A stretch of DNA of 64,000 bases, taken from NCBI GenBank assembly GCA_038143065.1, contig JAYQLI010000035.1, positions 928,001 to 992,000 on the forward strand, in the 5' to 3' direction. The translations under genes and the position numbers were made by a program. Within the stretch, counting starts at the first letter, position 1; each line of letters opens with the position of its first letter. This document shows positions 12,027-23,147 of the stretch, in pieces. The DNA comes from Rhodospirillales bacterium (GTDB taxonomy: Bacteria > Pseudomonadota > Alphaproteobacteria > Bin95). Under the pieces are notes generated by a model. That model worked only from the letters and a program-made list of their open reading frames with translations. It was not told where the DNA came from and made no database searches.

Positions 12027-13639
12027 TCATGAAAATTTAAATTCTTTGTATCCTCCAGCAGCAACTTTAGCCGCCTTCTTGCGATATCGTGGAGCACCTC
12101 CGTTGTACCCTAACGGGCGCGGCACACTCTTTCCCTCAACATTTCGGTTTACTCCAGTTTGCCAACTTGGGACTTTTGAAGACAAAAGCAAAGCATCAAC
12201 CTCAAGAACTTCTTGCGTATAGGCTTCAACTGGTCCTGGCCGAGGCTCGCAGCGTTCATGACCTTGGTCCCGCATAAATTTTATTAGTCCAACAACCCAG
12301 TCAGAGATTTCTTCAATATTGCGCGGAATATTTCCTCGCGCCGTATGAGGTCAAGGACCATGAAAAGATTTGGGAAACCTTCTGCCTGCACTCCTAAAAA
12401 TGTCCTGGGCAATACTTTCCAATCATCAATAAGCTTGCGACCATTTGGACCACAAAAATCTATTCGATCATATGGACCAGCAACGCCATCAAATCCTGTA
12501 GCGTAAATTAGAATATCAAAATCAAATTCTCGATTTGATGTTTTCACCCCTGATCTTGTTATCTCTTCTATTGGCTCCTCTAATACTGAGACGAGCTCAA
12601 CATTGTCTCTGTTGTAAGTCTCGAAATAACCACTCTCTAAAGGTAGACGTCTTGTCCCAAAGCCGTGGTTTTTGGGTATTAAACGCTCTGCAACAATCGG
12701 GTCATTAACGCGTTGACGGACTTTGTTCGCAGCCCATTCGGTCATCAACGCGTTTGCTTTCTCATCTGTAAGAATATCTCGAAAGTTCCCAAGCCAGATA
12801 CCAAAGCCTGGAGATGCATAAAGCTTTTCCCAATGCTCAAGCCGTTCTTCTTCAGTTACCTCAAATGTGCCACGCGGATCCGGATTATGAATAAAATAAG
12901 CAATTGTTTCGCGGCAAGAAGCATAAATTTCATGATATCTGGTTTTGATTTCTTCCATCTCTTCTTTAGAGATTTTTTGCATTATGGAGAGGCGCTGCCC
13001 AATTTGGCGTTCTTTGAAATACTGTTAGCTGCCCTGCCTCTTTTGCAATTTCTGGAATAGCTTGGATGGCAGAAGCACCGGTTCCAATAATGCCTACACT
13101 TTTTCCCTTCAGATCAACACCTTCCTTAGGCCAACGGGCAGTATGTACGGCCTGTCCTTCGTACTCATCACGACCCTTAATGTCTGGGAGGGTATGCGCT
13201 GAAAGTGGCCCCAATCCAGTAACCAAAATAGGCGCAGAAAATTTACGACCATCTCGAAGGGCTATAGTCCACATTGTAGTAGCATCATCAAAATGGGCCG
13301 CAATTACCTCAGCGTTAAATGTCATGTCACGCGGAGGTCGAATTTGTCAGCAACATACTGCAAATATTTCAAAGTGTGGGGTTGAGGTGAATAATTCTCT
13401 GTCCAGTCCCACTCCTGAAGTAATTCCTCAGAGAAGGTGTACCCATAAGTCCAGCTTTCACTGTCAAACCGTGCACCTGGATAGCGGTTCCAATACCAAG
13501 TGCCGCCAACATCAGATCCATTTTCGAAAGCGCGCACCTTCATGCCTAGCGAACGCAGCCGATGGACCATAAACATACCCGAAATGCCACCACCTATAAT
13601 GATGGCCTCAAAATCCTGGGTAATTGAGGAATTTGACAC
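12027..13639 (-). CDS. Type I Baeyer-Villiger monooxygenase (split into 4 ORFs by frameshifts)
   Basis: GGGISG, GGTWYWNRYPGARFDSES, YEGQAVHTARWP fingerprint, GTGASA, ATGFD, C-terminal YNGGAPRYR. Confidence 0.9.
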
Positions 13640-13790
13640 TCAATTTTCTCCTACACCCTTAGAACTGCATCGTAAGCAGATAAAACCTGGATCCATGGTA
13701 GAAGTTATACTCCACACCCTGGTTTTAATATCAACAAGAGCTAACATAGAGTAGGTAAAGACTCTTTTTTAGACTTACGCAGGTAAAACT

Positions 13791-15645
13791 ATGTCAGCCA
13801 TCACTAATGATCCAAAGACTGGTCGTAAGCGCTTCAATACGCGCGCTGCAAAAGCGACTGAAAAAATAACCGGCAAGGGTTATTCCGCGATTGAAGATGA
13901 AAAACTAAAAACTCTTCCACCCCCTCCACCCGGCGCAAAATTCTCTGCCGAAGAACAAGAAAAATACAAGGCCTTTAAAGAAGCTCGCCAAGGTGCAGCT
14001 GACTACATGCGGATGGAAGGTGATTTTGCACATTACCTAGAGGGATGTTTACTCTCCACCGCTCCAGTACCTCGGGAGTCTCTTACGGACGAATGTGAGG
14101 TAGTCATAGTTGGTGCCGGATTTGCTGCTCTCTTACTTTGGTACAAACTATCAAAAGCCGGCATAACAGACATACGCTTTTGCGAAAAAGGCGGAGATGT
14201 GGGCGGTACTTGGTATTGGAATCGTTACCCTGGCATAGCGTGTGATGTCGAAAGTTATTCGTATCTGCCTTTGCTAGAAGAGATGGGCTACATCCCTTCT
14301 ATGAAGTTCGCATCTGGATTTGAAATCCTCGAATATTGCCAGATGATTGCAAATAAGACCGGTTTCTATAACCAGTGTCTTTTCCACACAACCGTGGAGG
14401 ATACCATTTGGGATGAAGGCTCAAGACGCTGGACTATAAAAACTGACCGCGGTGATGCGATGAAAGCGCGTCACCTCATTCTAGCGAATGGTATCCTTAC
14501 GACTCCTCGCCTTGCGCGTATTGATGGCATGGAAACCTTTAAAGGTGAAAGTTTCCATACCTCCAGATGGAATTATCACGTAGATCTCGAAGGAAAACGT
14601 GTTGGAATAATTGGAACTGGTGCAACTGCTGTCCAAGCGGTTCCTGAACTCTCTAAAATTGCCAGTGAGTTGTTTGTCTTCCAGCGCACTCCATCCTCAG
14701 TTGATGTTCGTGACCAACGGGCAACAACCGATGAGGAACGCGCGCAATGGGCCAATGAGAAAGACTGGTCAAAAAAACGACGTGATCGATTGGCAATGAT
14801 TGATTCAGGTCGTGTCGCCCTCCAAGGCAACGATGCTTTCCTCTCTGGTAAAGAAAAAGATTACAAGGTCAGAAAAACTCATACAGGGACGCTATCAGCC
14901 GAAGAGCGCATTCAGGCCCAGCTAAATACTAACTTCCGAATAATGGAGCAGATCAGAGCTCGCGTTGATAGCGTAGTTGATGATCCCGCAACTGCAGAAT
15001 CCCTGAAGGCTTTTTATCCTTATGGATGTAAGCGCCCAACATTTCATGATGAATTTCTCCCCGCCTTCAATAAAGAACATGTCCATTTAGTCGATTGCGC
15101 TCCTCACGGGGTTAAGCAAATAAATGAAGTTGGCGTGGTTCATGATGGAAAAGAGTATCCACTGGACGTATTGATTTACGCTACTGGCTTTGAGTGGATG
15201 GCAAAATCTACCTTCGCTTCTATTGTTGGGCGCGGTGGTCGTAGCCTCAATGAAAAATGGGATACCGAGGGGGTTAAAACCTTCTTGGGCATCCATTCCG
15301 AAGGTTTTCAAATTTGTTTATTCTATCTGGCCCCAAGGCGGTGGTGGTCAATTTAACTTCATTCGCGGTATCGAGAGCCATACTGACTATGTCACCTGGC
15401 TTCTAACAAAAATGCGCGACAACGGGCAAAACCTAATCGATATAAAATCAGACCCAGAAAATGCGTATGCCCAACATTGCGCGGAAGCAGATCTGTTAAC
15501 TCGCCCTCTTCGCGACTGCTTGAGTTACTACAATGGAGAAGGTGCAGCAGCACCAGGAAGCCTTGCATACTATGGCGGACCAAAGAAGTGGCATGAGTTA
15601 AGGAGTGAAGCTCAAGAAACTCTTGCACCTTATATCTTCGCCTGA
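13791..15645 (+). CDS. Type I Baeyer-Villiger monooxygenase with N-terminal extension (frameshifted near 15300)
   Basis: GAGFAA, GGTWYWNRYPGIACDVES, FKGESFHTSRW fingerprint, GTGATA, ATGFE, SYYNGEG. Confidence 0.9.
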
Positions 15646-15745
15646 CGCATTTACGCCAGGCGAAGATTTCACAGCATTAAATTCCGCTAACGGCTCAATG
15701 CTGGCAGCTTACATCGTTTATTCAAATTATAGAGAGAAAACGCTA

Positions 15746-17182
15746 TCAGCCAGCTAAGGATAAGGCGCGAGCCAGAGGCCAAAGTTCTTCTGCCATTTCA
15801 AGGTTCATAACTTCGTCATAGACTCGTTGTGCCTTTGACTTCGACACAGCGCGGGTCGCGTTAGCCCAAAATTTTTCAGCTATATCATCACTCGACAGTG
15901 GGTTAGCATCGGAGCCACGATTAACGGCTTCACGGTGCTCAATTGTGCGCCCATCTTTTGTGCGAGCAATCAGTTTACCGGAGTAGTACCTTGGAAAAGC
16001 TGTATCGGGATCATCTTGCCAATCGACTTTCGCAGCAATTGCTAAAGCTTTCTCATCGTTGATGGCGTCAGCATCCAGCTCATCTAGAGTGAATCGACCG
16101 CGCGTTAGGCTAGTAGCCACAATATAAGGAATTGAAAATTGCGCATCGTATGCATTTTGTGGTCTTCGCTTCTGAACAAGGGGTTCACAAACCACAGCAG
16201 CCTGGGTGGGATGAATAAAGGCAGTAACACTGTCGACATTATCCGCAGTTAAGCCTTGGCTCATAAGTGCGAGCGTCGCATCTGCAAAAGCATGATTAAA
16301 GTGGCAGGCCGGATAAGGTTTAAAACCAACATTCTCTAATTCCCACATTTCACCCAGACCTGCGGTACACATTGCAAGATTTGCTGAATTTTCCTGGCCA
16401 AGATAGAGATTGAAGAGGCCATAACGTCCTTCATACGCCTGGCTAGGCCCTTTAAATCCCTCTTTTGCAAGAGCAGCAGCAGTGATTGCTGAGGTCGCCG
16501 CCCAACCTGGGTGCATCCTCTTAGTCCAGGCTCCATCAGATAAGAATTCGAGATTTCCAGAAGACTGAGACAAAGCAATTCCCTGAGCATCTTCCATTTG
16601 CTTCGGCGTAAGATGTCCAAGTTTTGCGGCAGACAGCGCGGCACCGAAAACACCTACCAAACCAGTCGGGTGATAGCCACGAGAGTGAAAACCACCCTGA
16701 GCGGCTGCACCAATACGCGCCGAAACCTCAACTCCGATGAGGTATGCAGCCATCATTTCTGATCCGCTTGCGTCATGCCGCAAGCCCTGAGCAAAGGCGG
16801 CGGCAAGAGCAGACGCACTCGCGTGGATCACTCCATCGGTATGAGTATCGTCAAAATCTAAACCGTGAATAAGTGTTCCGTTCAATAAAGCTTGATCGCG
16901 TACAGGCAATGCCATGTCAAAGCCGATTACTGGATAGCCTCCATCACCGCCCAATGCTCTAAGAGCATTAGCTGCACGTTGGCCAAATTCAAATGTTGTT
17001 GATGCCAGTGCAATTCCAAAACAATCCAGGATATGCAGTTTAGCTCGTTCCACTACATGGCTTGGAGCCTCGTCAAGGCTAAAGTCAGCTGCAAACGCCG
17101 CCAGCGAGGCAGAAATAGTTGAATGGCCTTCAAGAATACTTGATGATGAAGGAAGCTGTTCTGGCTTTGAGATAATGTTCAT
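15746..17182 (-). CDS. MmgE/PrpD family protein
   Basis: NGTLIHGLDFDDTH, KRMHPGWAA, KPYPACH, AQFSIPY. Confidence 0.9.
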   Translation of the reverse strand: MNIISKPEQLPSSSSILEGHSTISASLAAFAADFSLDEAPSHVVERAKLHILDCFGIALASTTFEFGQRAANALRALGGDGGYPVIGFDMALPVRDQALLNGTLIHGLDFDDTHTDGVIHASASALAAAFAQGLRHDASGSEMMAAYLIGVEVSARIGAAAQGGFHSRGYHPTGLVGVFGAALSAAKLGHLTPKQMEDAQGIALSQSSGNLEFLSDGAWTKRMHPGWAATSAITAAALAKEGFKGPSQAYEGRYGLFNLYLGQENSANLAMCTAGLGEMWELENVGFKPYPACHFNHAFADATLALMSQGLTADNVDSVTAFIHPTQAAVVCEPLVQKRRPQNAYDAQFSIPYIVATSLTRGRFTLDELDADAINDEKALAIAAKVDWQDDPDTAFPRYYSGKLIARTKDGRTIEHREAVNRGSDANPLSSDDIAEKFWANATRAVSKSKAQRVYDEVMNLEMAEELWPLARALSLAG

Positions 17183-17321
17183 AGATCGGACCTTTATTCA
17201 GCTGAAACTTGAAACCAGACCTCTCCGTCTCTCGAGAGAAAAAAATGCAAAAGTATCAAATATGATTCTACTCTATCATGACCAAACCTTCCCTGGCTAA
17301 TTCGCAAGGTTCTCAATTAAG

Positions 17322-18191
17322 TCAGATATTGGAGCTTACGGCCTCGGCTATGGCTAGCCTGCGCTTTGCTTTTTCATAGATGGGATAATCAATAAAATAA
17401 CCATCAACTTGGATAGATGCAGAACCTGCTGCCTCAGCGGATTGAAAAGCATCTATGACCCTACGTGCATAAGCTACTTCTAAATCGTCAGGCGTGAACG
17501 CTGCGTTAGCAGTTGGTACCTGGCTTGGATGAATACACAATTTTCCTTGAAAACCAAGGTCTCGAGCTCTCTCTGCTGAAGCCTGAAAAGCTTCACTTTC
17601 ATTCAAATGAATAAAAACAGTATCGATCGGAGGTTCAATCCCTGCAGCCCTACTCTCCATTACGCAAGTAGCGCGAGCAAACTCAAGTTCCGTCTCACCT
17701 AAACTCCAGTTGATACCAAGATCAAGCGTGTAGTCACCCGCACCAAAAGCAACTCGCCTTACTCGTGAACTGGCCCCAACAATATTCCCAATTTCTTTAT
17801 GCCCTCTAGCTGTTTCAATTATGGGGATCAGGTCAATTTCCCATTCGGAAGCTTATTTTCACGCTCAAGTTGAGCAATTTAGCCAATCAGCTGTTTTGAT
17901 TTGATCCGCATACTCGACTTTTGGCAAAACAATGCCATCCAACCAAGGACCGATAACCTCAGTTAAATCACCAAAACAATGAGGCGTCTCCATACTATTA
18001 ATGCGAACATAGCCCAAACATCGACGCGAACGTTTTAAAGCTTCAACAACGATTGCACGTGTAGCAGGCTTCTCCGCCTCAGCTACAGCATCTTCCAAGT
18101 CGAGGATTACCGCGTCAGCCCCGGCATCAAACACTTTTGCAACTTTGCGCTCATGATCTCCTGGCGCAAACAACATTGTTCTAAGTGGCAT
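17322..18191 (-). CDS. CitE / citryl-CoA lyase-like CoA ester lyase (frameshifted)
   Basis: RTMLFAPG, DAVILDLEDAV, VRIN, LPKVE, GFQGKLCIHPSQV. Confidence 0.88.
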
Positions 18192-18342
18192 CGACCGCTC
18201 CTAATAGACTTAGACCGGGATGATCATTAACGAACACACAGGACCGTGCAACTGATGATTTGCCAATGGTTTTTGAAACCTCATAATGCAATCACGGTTG
18301 AGCATTAATTGTGAAATTCGGAAAGCAGCATTGGAGGTTTTC

Positions 18343-19201
18343 ATGACAGAGCCATATTCCTGGATTGATGGAGAATGGATATCCGGAAACCCGCCTATAA
18401 TTGGGCCTTTAACTAACGCTGCATGGATGGCCACCGTAGTTTTTGATGGTGCTCGTGCTTATGACGGTCTCGCCCCTGATCTCGACCTTCATGCCGAAAG
18501 ATGTATTGCTTCGGCTCACGCTCTTGGCCTTGAGCCGCAGGTAACGGCAAAAGAAATACAACGTCTTGCGGTAGATGGCCTCTCACATTTCGCTTCAGGT
18601 ACAGCAGTCTATATCCGCCCGATGTTCTACGGTGACGAAAGGATGGTTGATCCCTACGACAACTAAATTCTGCCTCACGCTATTTGAACTCCCAATGAAT
18701 GCACCAGATAAAGGGTTATCGATCTGCAGGACCACCCGAGTTAGGCCAACACCGCTTGCAGCTCCAACCGACGCCAAAGCTGCGTGTCTTTATCCAAATG
18801 CTCACCGTATGCTCAAAGAAGCTATGAGCCTAGGTTTTGACGCTGCTGTAGTTGGGGATGCAAACGGGAACGTCGCTGAACTAACAACTTCGAATATATT
18901 TCTAGTTAAGGACGACGTCGTATCAACACCTGTACCAAACGGCACATTCCTGAATGGAATTACACGTCAAAGAACCATCAAACTTTTATCGGAAGCTGGA
19001 ATAAAAGTTGAAGAACGTACGATAGATTTTTCTGAATTAGACACTGCAGACGAACTTTTCTCGACTGGAAATGCCAACAAAATTCAACCAATTTCGCGTT
19101 ATGAACAGCGTTCATTTCAGCTAGGGCCGACAGCGCTTAAAGCCCAAAAGTTATATCGCGACTATGCAGAGACTCACGGGAAATTGGCGAATTTTTGCTA
19201 G
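18343..19201 (+). CDS. Class IV PLP aminotransferase (branched-chain amino acid aminotransferase-like); frameshift near 18645
   Basis: VFDGARAY, AKAACLYPN, ELTTSNIF, FLNGITRQR; RBS GGAGG. Confidence 0.88.
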
Positions 19202-19246
19202 AAGTCAGACTAGAAAAACTATCATACAACGACGAACGGACAATTA

Positions 19247-20384
19247 TCAGACGCAGTATGTTTTGAGTGGTGGCAGCCATTAAAAGCGACCGAACAGTAG
19301 GTCGATGTGTATGCTCCAGCAGATAAAAAGTCGACCGTATCGCCTGGCTTAAGATCGTCTGGAAGGTTGTAAGCTGTCTCTTGATAAAGCACATCCACTT
19401 CATCACAAGTCGGTCCAGCAATAATCACCCTACTGGTATCGCCTTGCCCGTCTTTTGATGTGCGAATTCTATACTTTATCGCTTCGTCCATAGTCTCAAT
19501 GAGGCCACCAAATTTGCCAACGTCAAGATAGACCCAGCGTGGCCCATCTTCCATTTTATGAGACACGAGAACTACTTCACTGCGGATCATTCCAGCATCC
19601 GCAACTAAACTGCGGCCAGGCTCTATAAAGGACCTCCAGAGACGATTTCCAAAATGCTTATGCAGTGCAGTAGAGTCAATGCAGAAGCATGTTCTTCATG
19701 AGATGCGGCTTCTGTTAAATAATGGCCAGGCAACCCTCCGCCTACATTAAGCAGACGAAGATTCACGCCACGCTCGCGTAAGCTTGTGAATAACATTGCT
19801 GCCTTACCAACAGCTACATCCCATTCACCTACATCGCGCTGCTGAGAACCCACGTGAAAAGAGAGACCATATGGATCAAGACCCATTTGCCCAGCACTAA
19901 CAAGCAGTTCTTCTGCCATGGCTAAAGAGCAGCCGAACTTGCCTCCCAATGGCCAGTCTGCTGTCTTGGACTTTTCAAAACGAAGTCGGCAGTAAACTCT
20001 AGCTCCCGGAGCCGCGACTGCTAGTTTCTCAAGTTCACCCTGGCTATCAAATGCAAAAAGGCGAACACCAAGAGCATACGCCATGGCTATATCGCTCTGC
20101 TTCTTTACAGTGTTACCAAAGGAGATGCGGCTTGCAGGCGCACCTGCAGCTAGCGCTTCTCGAATTTCATAAATTGACGCTGTGTCAAAGCTAGAACCCA
20201 TCTCAGCCAGCATGCTCATTATCTGAGGAGCCGGGTTGGCTTTCATAGCGTAAAAGATGCGAGCCTGGGGCAGAGAACGTGCCAAGGCATGGTAATTTTC
20301 TCTGACCATGTCTAAGTCGATAACAAGGCATGGAGTAGCAGGACGCTGGTCAGCAAGAAATGTTTCTATGCGCGGTGTCAGCAA
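19247..20384 (-). CDS. Ornithine/lysine decarboxylase, fold-type III PLP enzyme (frameshifted)
   Basis: FYAMKANP (PLP lysine), FDTAS, SFHVGSQ, NVGGG, GPTCD, GAYT..FNG. Confidence 0.92.
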
Positions 20385-20389
20385 TATCC

Positions 20390-20515
20390 CTAAAGCAAGA
20401 GGTAGAACGACGGACGAAGTCGGGCGTGGACCCCGAACCGGCTGCCGCCCCGCCGCCGGTCCCGCGGTGGAGGCGGGGTCCAGCCTGCAAACGCGCTTTG
20501 GGGCGTGCGTTTCAG
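20390..20515 (-). ncRNA. Candidate structured cis-regulatory 5' leader RNA of the ornithine decarboxylase gene
   Basis: About 85% GC over 20421-20480; 9-bp perfect stem (20427-20435 with 20474-20482) enclosing a 6-bp stem; promoter-like TTGCGT-N17-TATACC just upstream on the minus strand. Confidence 0.55.
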
Positions 20516-20572
20516 ATTAGGATGCGCGGTATATTAGGTTCTTCTAACAAACGCAACTGTTTCAGATTATTT

Positions 20573-21556
20573 TTATTGCGCCCGAACGACACACTGCTCA
20601 ATATCACCAAAAGGCATTGAACCTGTGTGAGTTTGATAAGCAATTCGCACCCTGTCGTTAAACTTCAGAAATGGGGTTCTAGGCTGCCCTCTTCAATGAT
20701 TTCAATCATTCGTGCCTCTGCGATGCAAGAAGAGCCCACAGAACGATTTCGATTAGAAACTGTACCTGATCCAATGACTGTGCCTGCAGAGCCTTCGAGT
20801 ACGAGCAGCATGAGCAATCAATCGGGGAAACTCGAAGTTCATATCTATCCCGGCATCCGGTCGACCAAATTCTTGACCGTTGATTTCACACACCATTGGG
20901 CCAATCAATTTTCCACCATCCCATGCATCCCCGAGTGCATCAGGTGTAACAACAACAGGAGCAAAAGCACTAGCGGGCTTACCTTGATAGAAGCCAAACC
21001 CCTTCGATAATTCCCCTGGAATTATGTTCCTAAGAGATACATCGTTCACAATGGTAATAAGCTTAATATGTTTACCAGCCTCAGCCTCTGTTACGCCCAT
21101 GGGCACATCATCCAGGACAACTGCCACTTCAGCTTCAAAATCAATTCCCCATTCATCATCGTTGAAATCAATCGGATCTCTACATCCTTTAAAGTCATCT
21201 GAGCCGCCCTGATACATAAGTGGCTCTTCTAAAAACGTAGTTGGCATTTCAGCGCCCCTCGCTCGGCGAACAAGCTCCATATGATTGAGATAAACACTCC
21301 CATCAGACCAATTAAAACATCTTGGTAAAGGCGCTGTTAGGCGAGAAAAATCTTCTAATTTGAATCCATCCTTTAGTTTACCCAGACCCAAAGCATCCGA
21401 GGCCCGAATAAGCTCTGGCTCTATTGCAGCCCAATTATCTAGTGCTGACTGCAGTGTTGGAGCGATTTGCGGCACACGAACAGCATTTCGTAAATCATCA
21501 GACACAATTACTAGAACGCCGTCTCGGCCCTCTTTTAGAGATGCTAATTTCATCAA
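20573..21556 (-). CDS. Fumarylacetoacetate hydrolase family protein (frameshifted near the C-terminus)
   Basis: MKLASLKEGRDG, PLMYQGGSD, IDFEAEVAV, NDVSLRN; a shifted frame gives GTVIGSGTVSN..PFGDIEQCVVRAQ-stop at 20573. Confidence 0.88.
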
Positions 21557-21760
21557 TTAAATCCAGTTTTTTCAGTCTTCATACTGCCACGTGTGGAGCT
21601 AAATAAATATCCAAATTTTAAATCCTAGTATTTAATAGAATTTTTTCATATAATTTTTCCAGTGGGTTAAAACTAATCCATAATAATGAAAAATTTTTCC
21701 TTAATTATATTTTTGAGGAATTAATTTTGAAATATTTGTAAATAATTGGAGTAATTTATA

Positions 21761-22783
21761 TTGCGTTTAATTAAAGAAGCTGAAGAAATAAGTGAAATTG
21801 CATTTGGATTCATGGCGTCAAAAGCCCTTTTTGCAGCCCTTCATGTTGGTATATTTACTAAATTATCTGAACGACCACGTTACGCTTCCGAATTAGCGGA
21901 TGAAGTAGGTGTCCCCGTAAACCGCATACAGACCCTTCTAACAGCGCTAACTGCCCTAGGCCTTGTATCGAGCCAAGGTGGGCTATTCGAAAATTCACCT
22001 GGAGCCGAAGCCTTCCTTGTTGAAGGAGCAAAATATGATTTTGGTAATTATCTAAGACTGCAGATAGACCGCCAGATGTTTCCAATTATGACCGGCCTCG
22101 AAGCAGTTGTAACTGGAGAAAGCGCAACATCGCCGGTTATTGAGTCCTATGCTGATTGGTTCTCAGACCCAGAGGAAGCACGACTTTATAGTGAGAGCCA
22201 GCATGCTGGATCGCTTGGTCCAGGCCGCAGTGTTGCCCGTTTATTGGATTTATCAAAAGCAGAAAAGCTAATGGATGTGGGCGGTGGCACCGGAGCATTT
22301 GCCATACGTCTTTGCGAAACTAACCCAAAACTTACCGCCACTGTCCTCGACTTCCCTAATGTAGTGAAGCTTGGCGAGGAATACGTTGAAGAAGCCGGAT
22401 TATCTGACCGGATTTCTTTCATAGCAGGCAATGCTTTGGAAGATGAATGGCCAGACGGTCAGGACATTGTATTGATGTCATACTTGTTCAACGGTGTGCC
22501 AGGGGATGCAATTCCAGATTTAACACGACGTGCTTTTTCTAGCTTAAGGAACGGTGGGCATTTTTTTGGTACATGATTTTATTGTTGACGATGATCGAAG
22601 TGGCCCTCCTCTTGCCGCCCTGTGGCAACTGCAGCATCTAGCTTTCACTCCAGCAGCAAAATCGCTAACGCCGACATGGATCGCGGGTATGATGGAGGAG
22701 TAGGATTTACAGAGGTTAAAACGCACTCGTTAATCCCTGGAATGACACGCCTTATGCATGGTCGAAAATTCACAACCACATAG
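21761..22783 (+). CDS. dsyB: Methylthiohydroxybutyrate (MTHB) S-methyltransferase for DMSP biosynthesis (two apparent frameshifts near 22565 and 22700)
   Basis: DsyB-characteristic blocks AEEISEIAFGFMASKALFAAL, GAKYDFGNYLRLQIDRQM, SYADWFSDPEEARLYSESQHAGSLGP, DVGGGTG, LMSYLF, and after the shift HDFIV..GPPLAALWQLQHLAFTP. Confidence 0.88.
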
Positions 22784-22880
22784 AAGTGTGATTGACCATT
22801 GCCGATTTTTTTTTGGCTTCTATTGTTAGAATTCGCATCGGCTTTTAACGCCTTGGAAAATAACTGAGGACTCTCTCTCC

Positions 22881-23147
22881 ATGACAGTCAAAGTGGAAAT
22901 CTACTCAAGTATGTGGTGCCCATTCTGCTTTCGGGCCAAAAAATTGCTTCAGTCTAAAGGCGTGGACTTTATAGAAATTGATGTGGATGGTGACCCGAAG
23001 GTCCGTGAGCTGATGAGAGAGCGCGCGGAGGGCCGGCACACCGTACCCCAGATCTTCATTGATGATGTTGGTATTGGAGGCTCTGACGATCTTGCTCAAT
23101 TAGATCAATCTGGCAAATTAGACAGCATGTTGGCAGGCGCAGAATGA
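22881..23147 (+). CDS. grxC: Glutaredoxin 3
   Basis: CPFC active site, TVPQIFI, GGSDDL. Confidence 0.93.
   Translation: MTVKVEIYSSMWCPFCFRAKKLLQSKGVDFIEIDVDGDPKVRELMRERAEGRHTVPQIFIDDVGIGGSDDLAQLDQSGKLDSMLAGAE

Noticed and set aside
11890-15700. Genomic island integrated at tRNA-Met (or at tRNA-Leu, 3753-3837)
   Set aside because: No integrase, no duplicated tRNA 3' end seen, and composition matches the rest of the window.
20350-20490. 46-aa minus-strand uORF (TTG start) containing VRRST and AHRN, reminiscent of the SpeFL ornithine-sensing peptide
   Set aside because: There is no RBS, AHRN comes from the overlapping decarboxylase codons, and GC-rich DNA lacks stops by chance. The RNA structure explains the region better.
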